Program-made: the position numbers and the translations under genes | Notes under the pieces: generated by a model | What the model saw: the letters and a program-made list of their open reading frames with translations, nothing else | What the model was told of the DNA's origin: nothing | Database searches by the model: none | Assembly (NCBI GenBank): GCA_964472345.1 | Contig: CAYYLB010000004.1 | Location: 1-39,382, forward strand | Length of the DNA stretch: 39,382 nucleotides | DNA from: an uncultured Methanosarcinales archaeon | GTDB taxonomy: Archaea; Nanobdellota; Nanobdellia; Woesearchaeales; JAGLXL01 | Direction of reading: 5' to 3' | Shown: positions 28,601-37,900 of the stretch, piece after piece | Layout: each line of letters begins with the position of its first letter | How positions within the stretch are numbered: position 1 is the stretch's first letter

Positions 28601-31600
28601 GTAGTCAAGCAGGTAGTTCGCGCCGAATGCGGCGGAGCGGTCGCGCCCCGAGTAATACCTCTCCTTGGGGTAGAAGATCCCCGCGCGGCCCTTGGTGTCA
28701 CGCTCAACCTGCCACTCGCGGTAGTTCCACGGCCACGCATTCCCCTCGCCCTCATTGAGCACCACACCGGTGCGGTCCTTCACCTTCCCCGTTTCCGTGC
28801 CGGCGTACGCGGAGCCGAATTTTTTCTCATGCTCCTCCTGCGTTTTTGATTCGTCAGGCTCTTTCTTCTGGCAGAAGCACTGCTGCCCGGGGCGATAATC
28901 GGCAGCATCTACCCAGCAGTCACTTGTAGGCCCGGCAGGATACCAGCCGACTGCCTCTTCGGGCGTTGCACATTTCGACTCCCATTCCGAGCCTTTGCCG
29001 CACACCTCCTGGCAGGTCTGGCTATTCGCCGTGTAGTACGTGCTCCCGACCTTGACTGCCCACAGCTGCGGCGGCGCGGCGCGGCCGCTCCTATCACCCT
29101 GCGATGGAATCGTGAGCGCCCTGTCAATGCGCTTCAGCAGCGCCTTCTCTCCATCTATCCTCTCCACCTTGTAGATCGCCGGCCCCAGCGCGTAGCAGGA
29201 GTAATCCCCCAGCGCAAGATCGGCCCGGCTCGTAACTTCTGTCAATTGCACCTTCTGCCGCTCGGCAAGCTCTTCCCAGCAGTTCTCGACGGGAACGAGC
29301 GTCCGCGCCTGCGACGCATCGACCGCGCACTGCTGCTGCTCGAAGAGGTGCTGGTTGATCTCCTGCACGGAAATTTCCTGCGTCCAGCCTGCAGGAGCGG
29401 CGTGGCAGAAGACGCGGTCGCACAGCCAGCGGTAGGCCTGGTAGAGCCGCATCTCCGTCTTCCATGCGCTTATGGTGCCTGGGAAACTTTGCAGCATGCG
29501 CGGGCTTTCCTCAAGGTCGCGCTTGACGTCCAAATTTTCCGCGGTGCTTCCGTCTTTGATGTCCGCGCAACGGACCGCTGCACCCTGAGATATTGCGCGC
29601 GCATTTTCCGGATACGGCGGCTTGGCGACGCCGCTAATGAAATCAGCGCTCTTCAGGTAGTAGCACTGGTTCAGCTGCCTGCTGTCGCTCAGCGGGCAGC
29701 CTTCCGCGCCCAGCGCCGCGCGCGTGAGGGTGCACTTCGCAAGCTCCGTCTTCTCGATGAAGCGGCGGTAGATCTGGGTGATGGTGCGCAGGCCGAAGCT
29801 GCCCAGGCAGCCGATGCCGACGTAGCGGATCGCCGCCTCGAGTGTCGGCAGCACGCCGTTGATCACGTCGATCGCCTTCTGCGCGAGCTGCTGCGCATCC
29901 TCAACCAGCAGGTCAGGAAGCACTTCCCGGGGATCGATGGGCACGTCGACGAAGTAGCTCACATCACGGCAGAGCGTCTGCACCTTCTGCGACGCAAGCG
30001 CGCTCCCCGCCGGCTTCTCGTCATAGTCAACGGTGATCCGCAGCGGGAACCGCAGCTCGTTGTTCGCGAGCTTCTTCCAGAACTCCTTGTCAAAGGTGCT
30101 CAGCTTCTCTGTGGCGCCGAGGTTGTAGCGGAAGTACCAGTTCGTCCGCTCGGGATTGATGGGCCTGGCAAGCGAAGGCCTGCTGCGCATGATCTGGCAC
30201 GCGTACTGGTAGCCCGGGTTCCGGTCGAGGAACTTGTTGTCGCGGCACGCCGGCTCGATGGACACATCATTGAGCGAAAAATAATCGTCTTCCGCGCGCT
30301 CAGCCCGTGGGTCATCGCGGTTGTTCGCCGCCCTGCCGCGGTACTTCACGTTCAGCACGAATGACACAATCTCCGTCCCTGACGCGAGCCGCTGCGGGCT
30401 GATGAGGGCAGGCGCCTGGTACTCGGGCAATGGCGAGATGGCAAAATCGAAAAAGCCGCTGAAGCACGTCCCGATGGAAACGGGGAACTGCCGCACGGTG
30501 GAAAGGCCGACCTCGTCGACCACCGCAATCCACACCACGACTGCGCGCTCATCCTGCTGCAGGTCGGCGACAAACTGCTGGCCGACAAGCGTTTCTGTCC
30601 CAGGCTGGACTTCCTCCGGCTGCGTTTCCCGGACTCCGAAGCCGGGATGCTCAAAATCAACGTCGTCAATCTCAAAATGGCCGCCCGCGCCGGCCGTCGT
30701 TTCGTACTGCGCATTGTCGCGGATGAACTCAAGCTCCGGCTGGGCGCCGAACTGCTCTGCTCCGAAGCCTGCGCGCGCTCCCCCAGGGCCTGCTGAAAAG
30801 CCGGCCGTGCCGCTGGTGACAAAGAGGTACACCTTCGCCCCCGGCTCTGTCGTGCCCTTGATGGAGTCTTTCGCACGCCCTTCGTAGTAAAATGGCCCGT
30901 CGTCCAGCGGAATGACCTCATCGAGCTCCGGCGGCAGCGTGTCCACCTCGACGCTGCGCTCGACGCGCGCGCTGTTCCCTGCGGCATCCGTCGCGCTGAT
31001 CACGATCACATTGCTCCCTTCCTCAAGCCCGGTCGGAAGCTCGAACTGCTCAGCCTCCTCAGAAAAGAGCCCGCGGCCGTTCAGCGTGACATTCACCTGT
31101 GCGCGCTCGCTGATCCGGCCGGACAGCGTGAGCTCGGGCCCCGTCCCCCGTGCGGGAATCTCGCGCGTCAGCGTGATGACCGGCGCAACGACATCGACAA
31201 GGAGCGTGAAGTTCCTGCTTTCCACGTTGCCCGCGGCGTCCGTCGCCTCGAGCTGCAGCGAGTTGTTCTGCCCGGCGATGAGCGGCACCTCGAAGAACTC
31301 GATCAGCCCATTCGTGCTCTGGTAGTTCCGGATGACGGCTCCCTGATGCCGCAGCACGAGCTGCACCCCGAATTCCGTCTCGCCGAGCAGGTCGATCCGC
31401 GCGCGGCTGCTCACCTCCGGAACAGAGATCTCAAGCCGCGGCGCAAAGGTGTCCTGCGCAGCCGTGCGGAGCTGGAACAGCTGCCCGTCATTGTCAAGCT
31501 CGGCGAATGTCTGCTCAGTCGTGGAGCGTACCCTGAAGAAGTAGGCCGTGTCCTTCTGCAGGCCGACCAGCGGCACCGCATGCTTTGTGCGCAGCCTGCT

Positions 31601-31951
31601 GTCCGCGGCGGTTGACTGCAGCGCGGCCTTGTCTGTCCCGTAAAAAACCGCCGCATCCGCCGCTTCGTCCGTTTCCCAGCGGATCACCGCACTGCGGTCA
31701 GTCACATCACCGGTGGAAAGGGCGCTGATGGTAAGCGCATCTGCAACGGGCAGCGCGAGGAGCAGCGCGAGGAGCAGCGCGACGCCAAGCTGGCCCTGGC
31801 TCCGGCGGCGCGCACGGAGCGGATGCCAGCGGGACGGGAGCAGCGCCCGAGCCGCAAGGCGAAGGCGCGATGGAAAGGCAACAGGAGCAGCGCCGGGGGG
31901 AGACCGCACAGCGCGGTGCAGCGGCAACGCACTGGAGAGGGCGCGTTTCAT
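25598..31951 (-). CDS. Giant (about 2100 aa) secreted Cys-rich surface protein with N-terminal Fn3/Ig-like domains
   Basis: ATG 31951 overlaps the upstream stop (ATGA). RRRSQGQ + hydrophobic signal; Fn3-like AVIRWETD...HAVPLVGL...YFFRV; repeated ATDAAGN Ig motifs; dozens of cysteines. Confidence 0.88.
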   Translation of the reverse strand: MKRALSSALPLHRAVRSPPGAAPVAFPSRLRLAARALLPSRWHPLRARRRSQGQLGVALLLALLLALPVADALTISALSTGDVTDRSAVIRWETDEAADAAVFYGTDKAALQSTAADSRLRTKHAVPLVGLQKDTAYFFRVRSTTEQTFAELDNDGQLFQLRTAAQDTFAPRLEISVPEVSSRARIDLLGETEFGVQLVLRHQGAVIRNYQSTNGLIEFFEVPLIAGQNNSLQLEATDAAGNVESRNFTLLVDVVAPVITLTREIPARGTGPELTLSGRISERAQVNVTLNGRGLFSEEAEQFELPTGLEEGSNVIVISATDAAGNSARVERSVEVDTLPPELDEVIPLDDGPFYYEGRAKDSIKGTTEPGAKVYLFVTSGTAGFSAGPGGARAGFGAEQFGAQPELEFIRDNAQYETTAGAGGHFEIDDVDFEHPGFGVRETQPEEVQPGTETLVGQQFVADLQQDERAVVVWIAVVDEVGLSTVRQFPVSIGTCFSGFFDFAISPLPEYQAPALISPQRLASGTEIVSFVLNVKYRGRAANNRDDPRAERAEDDYFSLNDVSIEPACRDNKFLDRNPGYQYACQIMRSRPSLARPINPERTNWYFRYNLGATEKLSTFDKEFWKKLANNELRFPLRITVDYDEKPAGSALASQKVQTLCRDVSYFVDVPIDPREVLPDLLVEDAQQLAQKAIDVINGVLPTLEAAIRYVGIGCLGSFGLRTITQIYRRFIEKTELAKCTLTRAALGAEGCPLSDSRQLNQCYYLKSADFISGVAKPPYPENARAISQGAAVRCADIKDGSTAENLDVKRDLEESPRMLQSFPGTISAWKTEMRLYQAYRWLCDRVFCHAAPAGWTQEISVQEINQHLFEQQQCAVDASQARTLVPVENCWEELAERQKVQLTEVTSRADLALGDYSCYALGPAIYKVERIDGEKALLKRIDRALTIPSQGDRSGRAAPPQLWAVKVGSTYYTANSQTCQEVCGKGSEWESKCATPEEAVGWYPAGPTSDCWVDAADYRPGQQCFCQKKEPDESKTQEEHEKKFGSAYAGTETGKVKDRTGVVLNEGEGNAWPWNYREWQVERDTKGRAGIFYPKERYYSGRDRSAAFGANYLLDYFNPPPKAVEVNPFTQHVGAFQSICLSGIRGRLLLVRSILQGLQSCLKQVQVTGRADAGVCKEIFSQFVCNFSYKLLTFFQDRCVPEPYSKGLDAGGGIDDVGAVLRRGSEAITETIDSTASELQDEYGNAKLNQYLEGGSQALMKRVCLAAFGIEQGFDFNNFIDAAYSVPFKTSAMVFSSEGAVGRREFLSFNPQTTNSVYEYRGAWTIFPGCDLESYRIDLAAVTQREAREYPNIDCAAVNDLEGGNGCDNWQGSVERTRPFFSGGRVTQGVYVDQNGAATAEDPYRYDHMKVTLYADPRWSADKCFPKENLFGKSAAVFYFPIRDATRKDLAQCEVSVTEGKFRCTVADIGSLGQSWIEGVQCYDPRTDEYRRCDRVVLTLEEQSPVRVRAAVFSSGQDKVCLAGALHTAYAGTYPSGRLFLEIPGFGRPLSVPVDMQLLDAIGDEHFRGTSAGIRLVEQRPTTAACQQPVRDPASDAPEASKRAGSAVFTFTKSDGTYEVKLDSAIDVFTAGFARGAGGVLTEQVTGQGSPPGKVKFTQQELASIVYRVNGYGVRGVFGEPVGNAPGSCRFETSLPVSLTPVEQVWDIDLKLFYPDENGQCSAGSVEVREQPGLAFDVEKSVQLKVQQKRIESEREKAYSEGKRLYNEAKATGTTQQQKSQKLQQAIASFTKVWARAPVAGDREEFLSYWWSAAAKAELWKGAADGSGEKTQLANDVKDLASAFRTRHAWTKEANPQLWNTGEMQLIIAYLGKIEEQVSGNGVVMPQPGRATNAQACDECQAIDEAWGRLTSSITYLSGTYYNPASGRWEQTSAQAAGATQPISAPFASLEIIGDCPSARNEPCLARVTATCDGIMGLDCPTTKVESEKKGSCDMWIREEFNKGGTADRFNSFSTNHCFVAASEDEMKATPPKYGCGFTFYPSGTIISKDPKKMEPEPRFYSGGFDAKRLLAGSVSASETFGSLLCFEGQWNECGRSNAGSIKGTFMCRNGQWGTS

Positions 31952-33843
31952 CGGATCACCGGCCGCAGCGCGCGCGACTGCTCTTCCAGGGTGCTGAGAA
32001 ACCTGATGGCCGCGGCATCGCCCGGCTGCTCCTGCACAAGGACGGGAAAGGTGATCGAGCGCGCGCCTTTCAGCTCGTTCCAGTCGGGCGTCCACGCTCC
32101 GAGGAATCCGCCGCGCAGGCTTCCTTCTTCATCGACAAGGAATATCTCCAGCCGGTAGGGGAAGTCTGCCTCCGCGAGCAGCTCGAGCGCAGGGAGCGGG
32201 ACATCTGCATGGGGCGGATACCCTCCCCAGCTCTCGTGCAGCTTCGTGCCGCCGGATGTGTAGCTGAGCGAGATGAACGCCTTTTCGTTTTCCGAAAGCT
32301 GCTGCACCGCTCCGGAGGGGAGCCGCTTCACGACCCTGTAATCCTTGATGCTGGTGACGGGCGTAAGGTACAGCGGAACGGCGGTGCCCGCAGCAACCGT
32401 GGCGAACTGCTCCGCCCGCTTGTAGCCGCTTTTCTCCCCCCTGACGATGCCGTTCACGCAGTAGGGGAACGTCGCATCAAGCCGTGCGGCTGCCCCGGCT
32501 GATGCGTACCTCGTCTTCCCGATCCCGCAGGTGTATTTCAGGCAGGTGAATGATATGTTCACTCCATCGACCGGCTCGTGCGTCTCGCCGAAGCGCGGAT
32601 CGGAGACATTGTCAAATGTGATGATGCGCATCGCCCGGTTGCCGTAGGTGTTGCCGCAATAGGCTTCCTCGGTCGCCTCGATGGGCTGGATGAACGCGCT
32701 CTGCTGCGCAAGCGGCCTGCGGTCGCCGCGGTTGTCCTGCATGGTGGCGACAAAACCGAACGTGAGCGCGTAGTCGTTCTCCTCATCCTCGACGCTCACC
32801 TGCACGGGGAACCGCAGGTCATAGACAAAATTCCACTGCTGCAGGCAGATGAACGATGCGAGATCGTCGCCGCGCACCTCATTGCTCTTCAGCAGCTTGC
32901 CCGAGCTTGGCCGCACCGCAATCTGGAACGGCTGCTGCCCGCTCAGCGCGAAGCCTGCGCGGATCCCGGGGTACCGCAGCTCGGTGACGCGCCAGACGTA
33001 ATGGTTTTTGATGTACGGCTGATCATCGGGCACGGGCAGATAGTCAGTGAAGTCCACACGCAGGCTCGGCAGGTTCACGCGCAGCAGGGTCATGACCTTC
33101 TGCTCGACCTCGCGCACCGACCACACCTTCCTGCTGCAGCCAAGCTCGATGCCGGTCAGGGGAATGCTCGAATCCAGCGCGAGCAGGTCAACCGCGATCT
33201 TCTCGATCCGCATCTCGCGCGCTTCCGCCTCCATGATCGCGCTCGCGACCTCGTGCATCCGCTTCAGCTTCACCGGCGACGCGGCTTCAAACTGCTCGAG
33301 CCCGGTGATCCTGGTGCCGTCCTTCGCGAGGATGTCAATCGGATAGCGGATGCGGAACACGACCGCCTTGTCCGCGAGCGTCACTTCTGTTGCAATGGGG
33401 CCCTTTTCCACGATGTCGTACTGCTCGCGGAATTCCTGCAGGCTCGCAAGGCAGAGGGGCAGGTTCTCGTCCATGTACCTGCCGAGCTGGGCCTCCATGA
33501 GCGGCAGCGAGGGGATGCGGTTCTCGTCCTGATACTGCCACAGCGGCACTTTCAGCCCCGTGTCGAGGTGCGCCAGAGGATTGGCCTCAATTGCCGGCGG
33601 CAGCCAGACATAGCCGCCCTGCGCGCCGAGAAGCTCAAGGCCGCCGCGCGCAACCTGCTCCGCGCACGTCTCGATGAACCGCTCGATCGCCCCGGTCTTT
33701 GTCGGCGTGATCTGCTCCGGAAGGAAGAGCGTGAGCTTCTCGCGGAAGATGATGAGCAGCGCTACCGCGATGAGAAGCAGGATTCCAAGAATGATGAACA
33801 GCGTAACCTGGCCTCTTTTTCTCACGCAAACGTCCCTCACCAC
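31948..33843 (-). CDS. Class III (pilin-like) signal peptide protein, RKRGQ family
   Basis: RKRG|QVTLFIILGILLLIAVALLIIF; TATA TTTATAAA at 33868-33875 about 25 nt upstream. Confidence 0.85.
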   Translation of the reverse strand: MVRDVCVRKRGQVTLFIILGILLLIAVALLIIFREKLTLFLPEQITPTKTGAIERFIETCAEQVARGGLELLGAQGGYVWLPPAIEANPLAHLDTGLKVPLWQYQDENRIPSLPLMEAQLGRYMDENLPLCLASLQEFREQYDIVEKGPIATEVTLADKAVVFRIRYPIDILAKDGTRITGLEQFEAASPVKLKRMHEVASAIMEAEAREMRIEKIAVDLLALDSSIPLTGIELGCSRKVWSVREVEQKVMTLLRVNLPSLRVDFTDYLPVPDDQPYIKNHYVWRVTELRYPGIRAGFALSGQQPFQIAVRPSSGKLLKSNEVRGDDLASFICLQQWNFVYDLRFPVQVSVEDEENDYALTFGFVATMQDNRGDRRPLAQQSAFIQPIEATEEAYCGNTYGNRAMRIITFDNVSDPRFGETHEPVDGVNISFTCLKYTCGIGKTRYASAGAAARLDATFPYCVNGIVRGEKSGYKRAEQFATVAAGTAVPLYLTPVTSIKDYRVVKRLPSGAVQQLSENEKAFISLSYTSGGTKLHESWGGYPPHADVPLPALELLAEADFPYRLEIFLVDEEGSLRGGFLGAWTPDWNELKGARSITFPVLVQEQPGDAAAIRFLSTLEEQSRALRPVIR

Positions 33844-33867
33844 TCCGTGTGCAAGAAGCGGCGTTCA

Positions 33868-33905
33868 TTTATAAAGGTGACGCCGTCCGCCATAAAACTA
33901 TTTAA
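33868..33905. promoter_or_regulatory. Back-to-back divergent TATA promoters
   Basis: TTTATAAA (33868-33875) and TATTTAA (33899-33905), each about 24-25 nt from a GTG start. Confidence 0.65.
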
Positions 33906-33928
33906 GCGGACTTTTCTTTCTGCGAAGC

Positions 33929-34957
33929 GTGGCTGGGAAAAAGAGGGGGCGAACGGGGCAGGTCAGCGTCTTCATCATCATAGGCATCATCATCCTCATC
34001 GCCATCGGCCTGGCTGTTTTCTTCATGGCATTGTTCTCTTCCCGTGATGGTGCGGACGAGGCATCGGCGCTCCAGCGCAAGGCCACCCCGCTGCAGCGGC
34101 TTGTCGAGAAGTGCCTGGAGGATGTTGCCGCACCGGGAGCGTACCTGCTTGCAGCGCAGGGAGGGTTCATCTTCTCGTATGAAACATTCCTGAACGCGGA
34201 GCACGAGCAGGTCGCGTACCACCTCGAGCGGGGGGAGCCGGTGGCGCCGGAGCGCGCGTTCATGGAGCGGGAGCTTGCGCGCTTCGTCGAGGAGACGCTC
34301 CCGCTCTGCATCGGCGACGTGGGGGAGGCGGGGCGCGAAGCGGGATTCGAGAATGTCACCGTAGGACTGCCGAACGCGTCCGCAGCGATCGGCGAGGAGG
34401 TGATTACCGTCACCGTGCAGCAGCCGTTCACGCTCACGCGGCAGGGAGCGGAAACGACGGTCGGGCGGTTCACGGTGAGCCTTCCGCTCCGGCTGGGGCA
34501 TCTGCTGGACATCAAGGATGCGATCATTGCGCAGCTCCAGGAGGACGAGGCGCTTGCGCTTGACGCGCTTTCCAAGTATGATGCTGAAGTGAGCGTGCTG
34601 CCCTACAACAGGCACACAATGGTCTTCTCGCTGTATGAGCCGCAGTCGGTGATTGATGATGCGCCGTTCCACCTGAATTTTGCGGTGAGGATCGCGGGGA
34701 ACGTTGCTCCGCGGCTGGAGTTCATCCCTGATTTTGTTGTGCGTGCGGGGAAGCCGTTTGTCTATCAGGTGAATGCAAGCGATGTTGATGGCGATGAGCT
34801 GCTGTTCTTCACGACGAACGACGCGGTGCGCATCGACACAGCGACAGGGGTGCTCTCGTTCACGCCGGCTGCTGCGGGGACGGTTGTGACTGAGGTGTGC
34901 GTGCGTGATAGTGCCGGCGCACAGGACTGCGAGGAGGTGAGGTTCATTGTCGAATAG
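33929..34957 (+). CDS. Class III (pilin-like) signal peptide protein with C-terminal Ig/cadherin-like domain; paralog of 31948-33843
   Basis: RGRTG|QVSVFIIIGIIILIAIG; C-terminal YQVNASDVDGDEL...IDTATGVLSFTP. Confidence 0.85.
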   Translation: MAGKKRGRTGQVSVFIIIGIIILIAIGLAVFFMALFSSRDGADEASALQRKATPLQRLVEKCLEDVAAPGAYLLAAQGGFIFSYETFLNAEHEQVAYHLERGEPVAPERAFMERELARFVEETLPLCIGDVGEAGREAGFENVTVGLPNASAAIGEEVITVTVQQPFTLTRQGAETTVGRFTVSLPLRLGHLLDIKDAIIAQLQEDEALALDALSKYDAEVSVLPYNRHTMVFSLYEPQSVIDDAPFHLNFAVRIAGNVAPRLEFIPDFVVRAGKPFVYQVNASDVDGDELLFFTTNDAVRIDTATGVLSFTPAAAGTVVTEVCVRDSAGAQDCEEVRFIVE

Positions 34958-37900
34958 ATGGCTGGCGCTGCTCATCGCTGCCCTGCTGATTCCCCCACTT
35001 ATCCCTGCCCAGCCGCAAGCGTTTGATCAGAACAACAAGGACACCTGGAATTATGGCGATCGCGAGTTTTACAATCAGGTAGACTGGGATCAGATAGATT
35101 ATGCTAAGATACAATGGGACAAGGTTGACTTCAACCAGATTCCCGATGAGCACATCCAAAAAATCCCTGTCGTGCATTTCGATCCTGGAAAATTCACCAC
35201 TGATGCCGGAAAAGCGAAATTAAAGAGCGCGGTGGCTGCGCAGATTGAACCGAACCTCGGACAGTTCGAGAACCTTCTCGCAACAAATGATAAACAACTG
35301 AAGCAGGCGCTTGACCAGCATTTCGGCGCGAACATTGACCTGTCGATGGTTGGCGAAATCATCATGACGTACAACGCGGAAATAAAGCTCCTGCAGGGCG
35401 ATTTTCCCTGGTATGATCCAAGCCAATTTCCTGCGGGTGGGTTCGTGCAGCGGATTGTTACGGATGAGGTAACGGGAGAGACTCAAGTCATTATTGAGGC
35501 TGCCGGTGAAGTGGACCGTGCGGTCGCGCTGAGCGGCGCAGGGACGCTGGCGCGTGACACGGAAACCGGAGCCATGACTGCCACCACGGGGGCCGGGTCG
35601 CCGCTTTCCATCACCGGAGCGCTTGATGCTGCGCAGCCGATACGGATAATTGAGACTGCGGGCGGAGGTTCGGTCTCCGGGTTTGATACCTTCGTTTCGT
35701 ACGATGACGGGAAAAAGACCATCACGGGGACGTTTGAAAAAACCGGCGAAGAGGTGCTGCTGAAAAGTTATGATGGGAAGCAGAGCACTTTCTCTGACGC
35801 CGCAGCAGGAACAAAGGTCGAAAGTGTCGGTTATGATCTGGTTGTGCTCCCTTTCGGCGCCAAGCCGAGCGCCTTCCGCGGTGTGCGCAATCAGGTCGCC
35901 TACGATGCCGAGCACGTCTTTGCCATCGGGAGATTCGATGTGCAGCACGGCGGCTCGTTCGAGGAAGGGGGGTTCCGAGTCACTTCAAAGGCTGATGCTG
36001 CCGTCTTCAACAGCGAGACGGGGATTGCGGCCGGGCTGGTGAGATATGAAGATGCACACATCGCCTATGAGGGGCACGCTGCCAGCGTCTGGAGCAAGCT
36101 CACGTCAGACGAGCGGGCAACCCGCGTTGAAGTCCATGGCGGGGAGGAGCTGTCAGGCGAAGGCGGGGCTCTGCCGGTGGTTGCAGGCGTCCAGCAGAAG
36201 GTGCGCATCGGCGATTTGCGGGCGGAGGACGGCATCATCGTCGGGGATGGGCGCCTGACGTTTTTCGTCGTGAACAACCAGGGCAAGCTTGAAACGGTGC
36301 TTGATCCTGCCACAGCGCAGTTCGCCGCGGACATTGATAAGGATCCCGCGGCGGTTGCCTTTCTCGACCGCGAGCTGCACCTCTCTGTCGGGAAGAGCGT
36401 GACGGAGGTTTCGGCAGGGCTTGGCGTTGTCTATGACGCCGATGCTGACGATCCTGCAAACAATCTCGTCGAGGTCCTGAGCCCCATCAAGACACATTTC
36501 TATATGGGCAATGACCTCGAGACAGTACAGGAGATCGTGCGCCGTGATACCGCTGGAGGCGCGTTTGAGGAGGCGTTCCTCGGCGTCGAGAAGCTCTATG
36601 AGATCCAGCGGAAGGCCTTCCTCGCTCCCGACGGGGAGTTCGATGCAAGCATTGCGAGCCTCGATAAGACGAAGGCGTTCATCACCGAGGCGTATCCCGA
36701 GGGCGCCGGGCGCGATGCAGCATTCGCGACGTTCACGCTCGGGAAACTGCAGCGCATCGCGGAGGACGTGGCTGCGGACAATCCCGTGCAGCTTCTGATG
36801 TATGAGTCGATTGTCCGGAACGATCTCCGTGAGGTCCGTGGGGCGCTTGACCGTGCCGATGCGTCATCCGGCGGCGCGGTGCGCGACTACCTGCGCGGAG
36901 AAGATGAAACCTCCGGCAATCTCGGGCTGCTCTTCCAGCGCATCGGGCAGGAGGCAGCGGTAGGAGCGGATGATGCGCGGCGGCTGAAGCAGTCTCTTCA
37001 GGCGCAGCTGTCAAACGAGTATGCGTATGAGCGGCTTGCGTCCGACTTCGGCGAGCGCGAGCGGGGCTTTACGCCGGAAGCGGAGGCGTGGAGAGCTGCG
37101 GGCCAGCAGCACCGCATCGACAGCCTGCGGGCGCTGGTATCTCTTGAGGAAACAGCCATCACCACCGTCGAAGGCGGCGCGCGGGTTGCGCGGGATACAG
37201 GGACGTTTTCGTCTCCGAAGCTCCTCCTGGGCTCGGCGCTTGCGCAGGAATACGCGCGCGCCGGCAGAGTGCAGGACGCGCTGGCGGCGCTCCGCGAGCT
37301 GGAGAGCGGCTTTACCGCGCATGTCACCCGGCTTCCCGACGATCTGCCGGCAGGCGCCATGGAGGTGCTCCAGAAGCAGGCTTCAACGCTCGAGGCGGCG
37401 CGAAAGGAGATCCAGCGCGTCGGGTTCAACCGGATAACTCTTGCGGTCTTCGCCCGGGAGAAGGAGCTGTCCGCCGTGCTCGATCAACTCGGTGAGGGAG
37501 CCGTCAGCCGCGCGCTGAAAGAGGTGGAAACAGGGCTGACACCCAGCGCAGGCGCTTCTTCCGAAAGTGGCGCACCACGGGCACCCTCCAGCAGCGCAAC
37601 TGAGATGCTCGCTGTTTTCCTTTCCTATCCCGTCCGGCACCCGATCGAGGGAGGGTATCTCACCGAAACGCTCGATGCGCTTGGAGCATTCAGCCAGCGG
37701 AAGGCGGCCCTCTCAGCTCTGAGTGAGGAAACGCGCGCTCCCCTCAAAGGCTCATCGGCCATTGCGCTCCTTGCCGGGGCAGGAGTGAGCCCGCAGACGA
37801 TTGACACGTGGATCAAAGGCGAGAATGTCGAGGCAGACATCATTGGCACAGTCATGGGACGCGCAGGGGCGGTTCCTGCTCCCCCAGGGACTGAGGCGGG

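Noticed and set aside
32578..34047. Long antisense/shadow ORFs (also 5936-7039, 12156-13220, 17109-18104, 27725-28849, 29246-30364)
   Set aside because: They lie opposite well-supported genes, which is expected at high GC3, and show no motifs.
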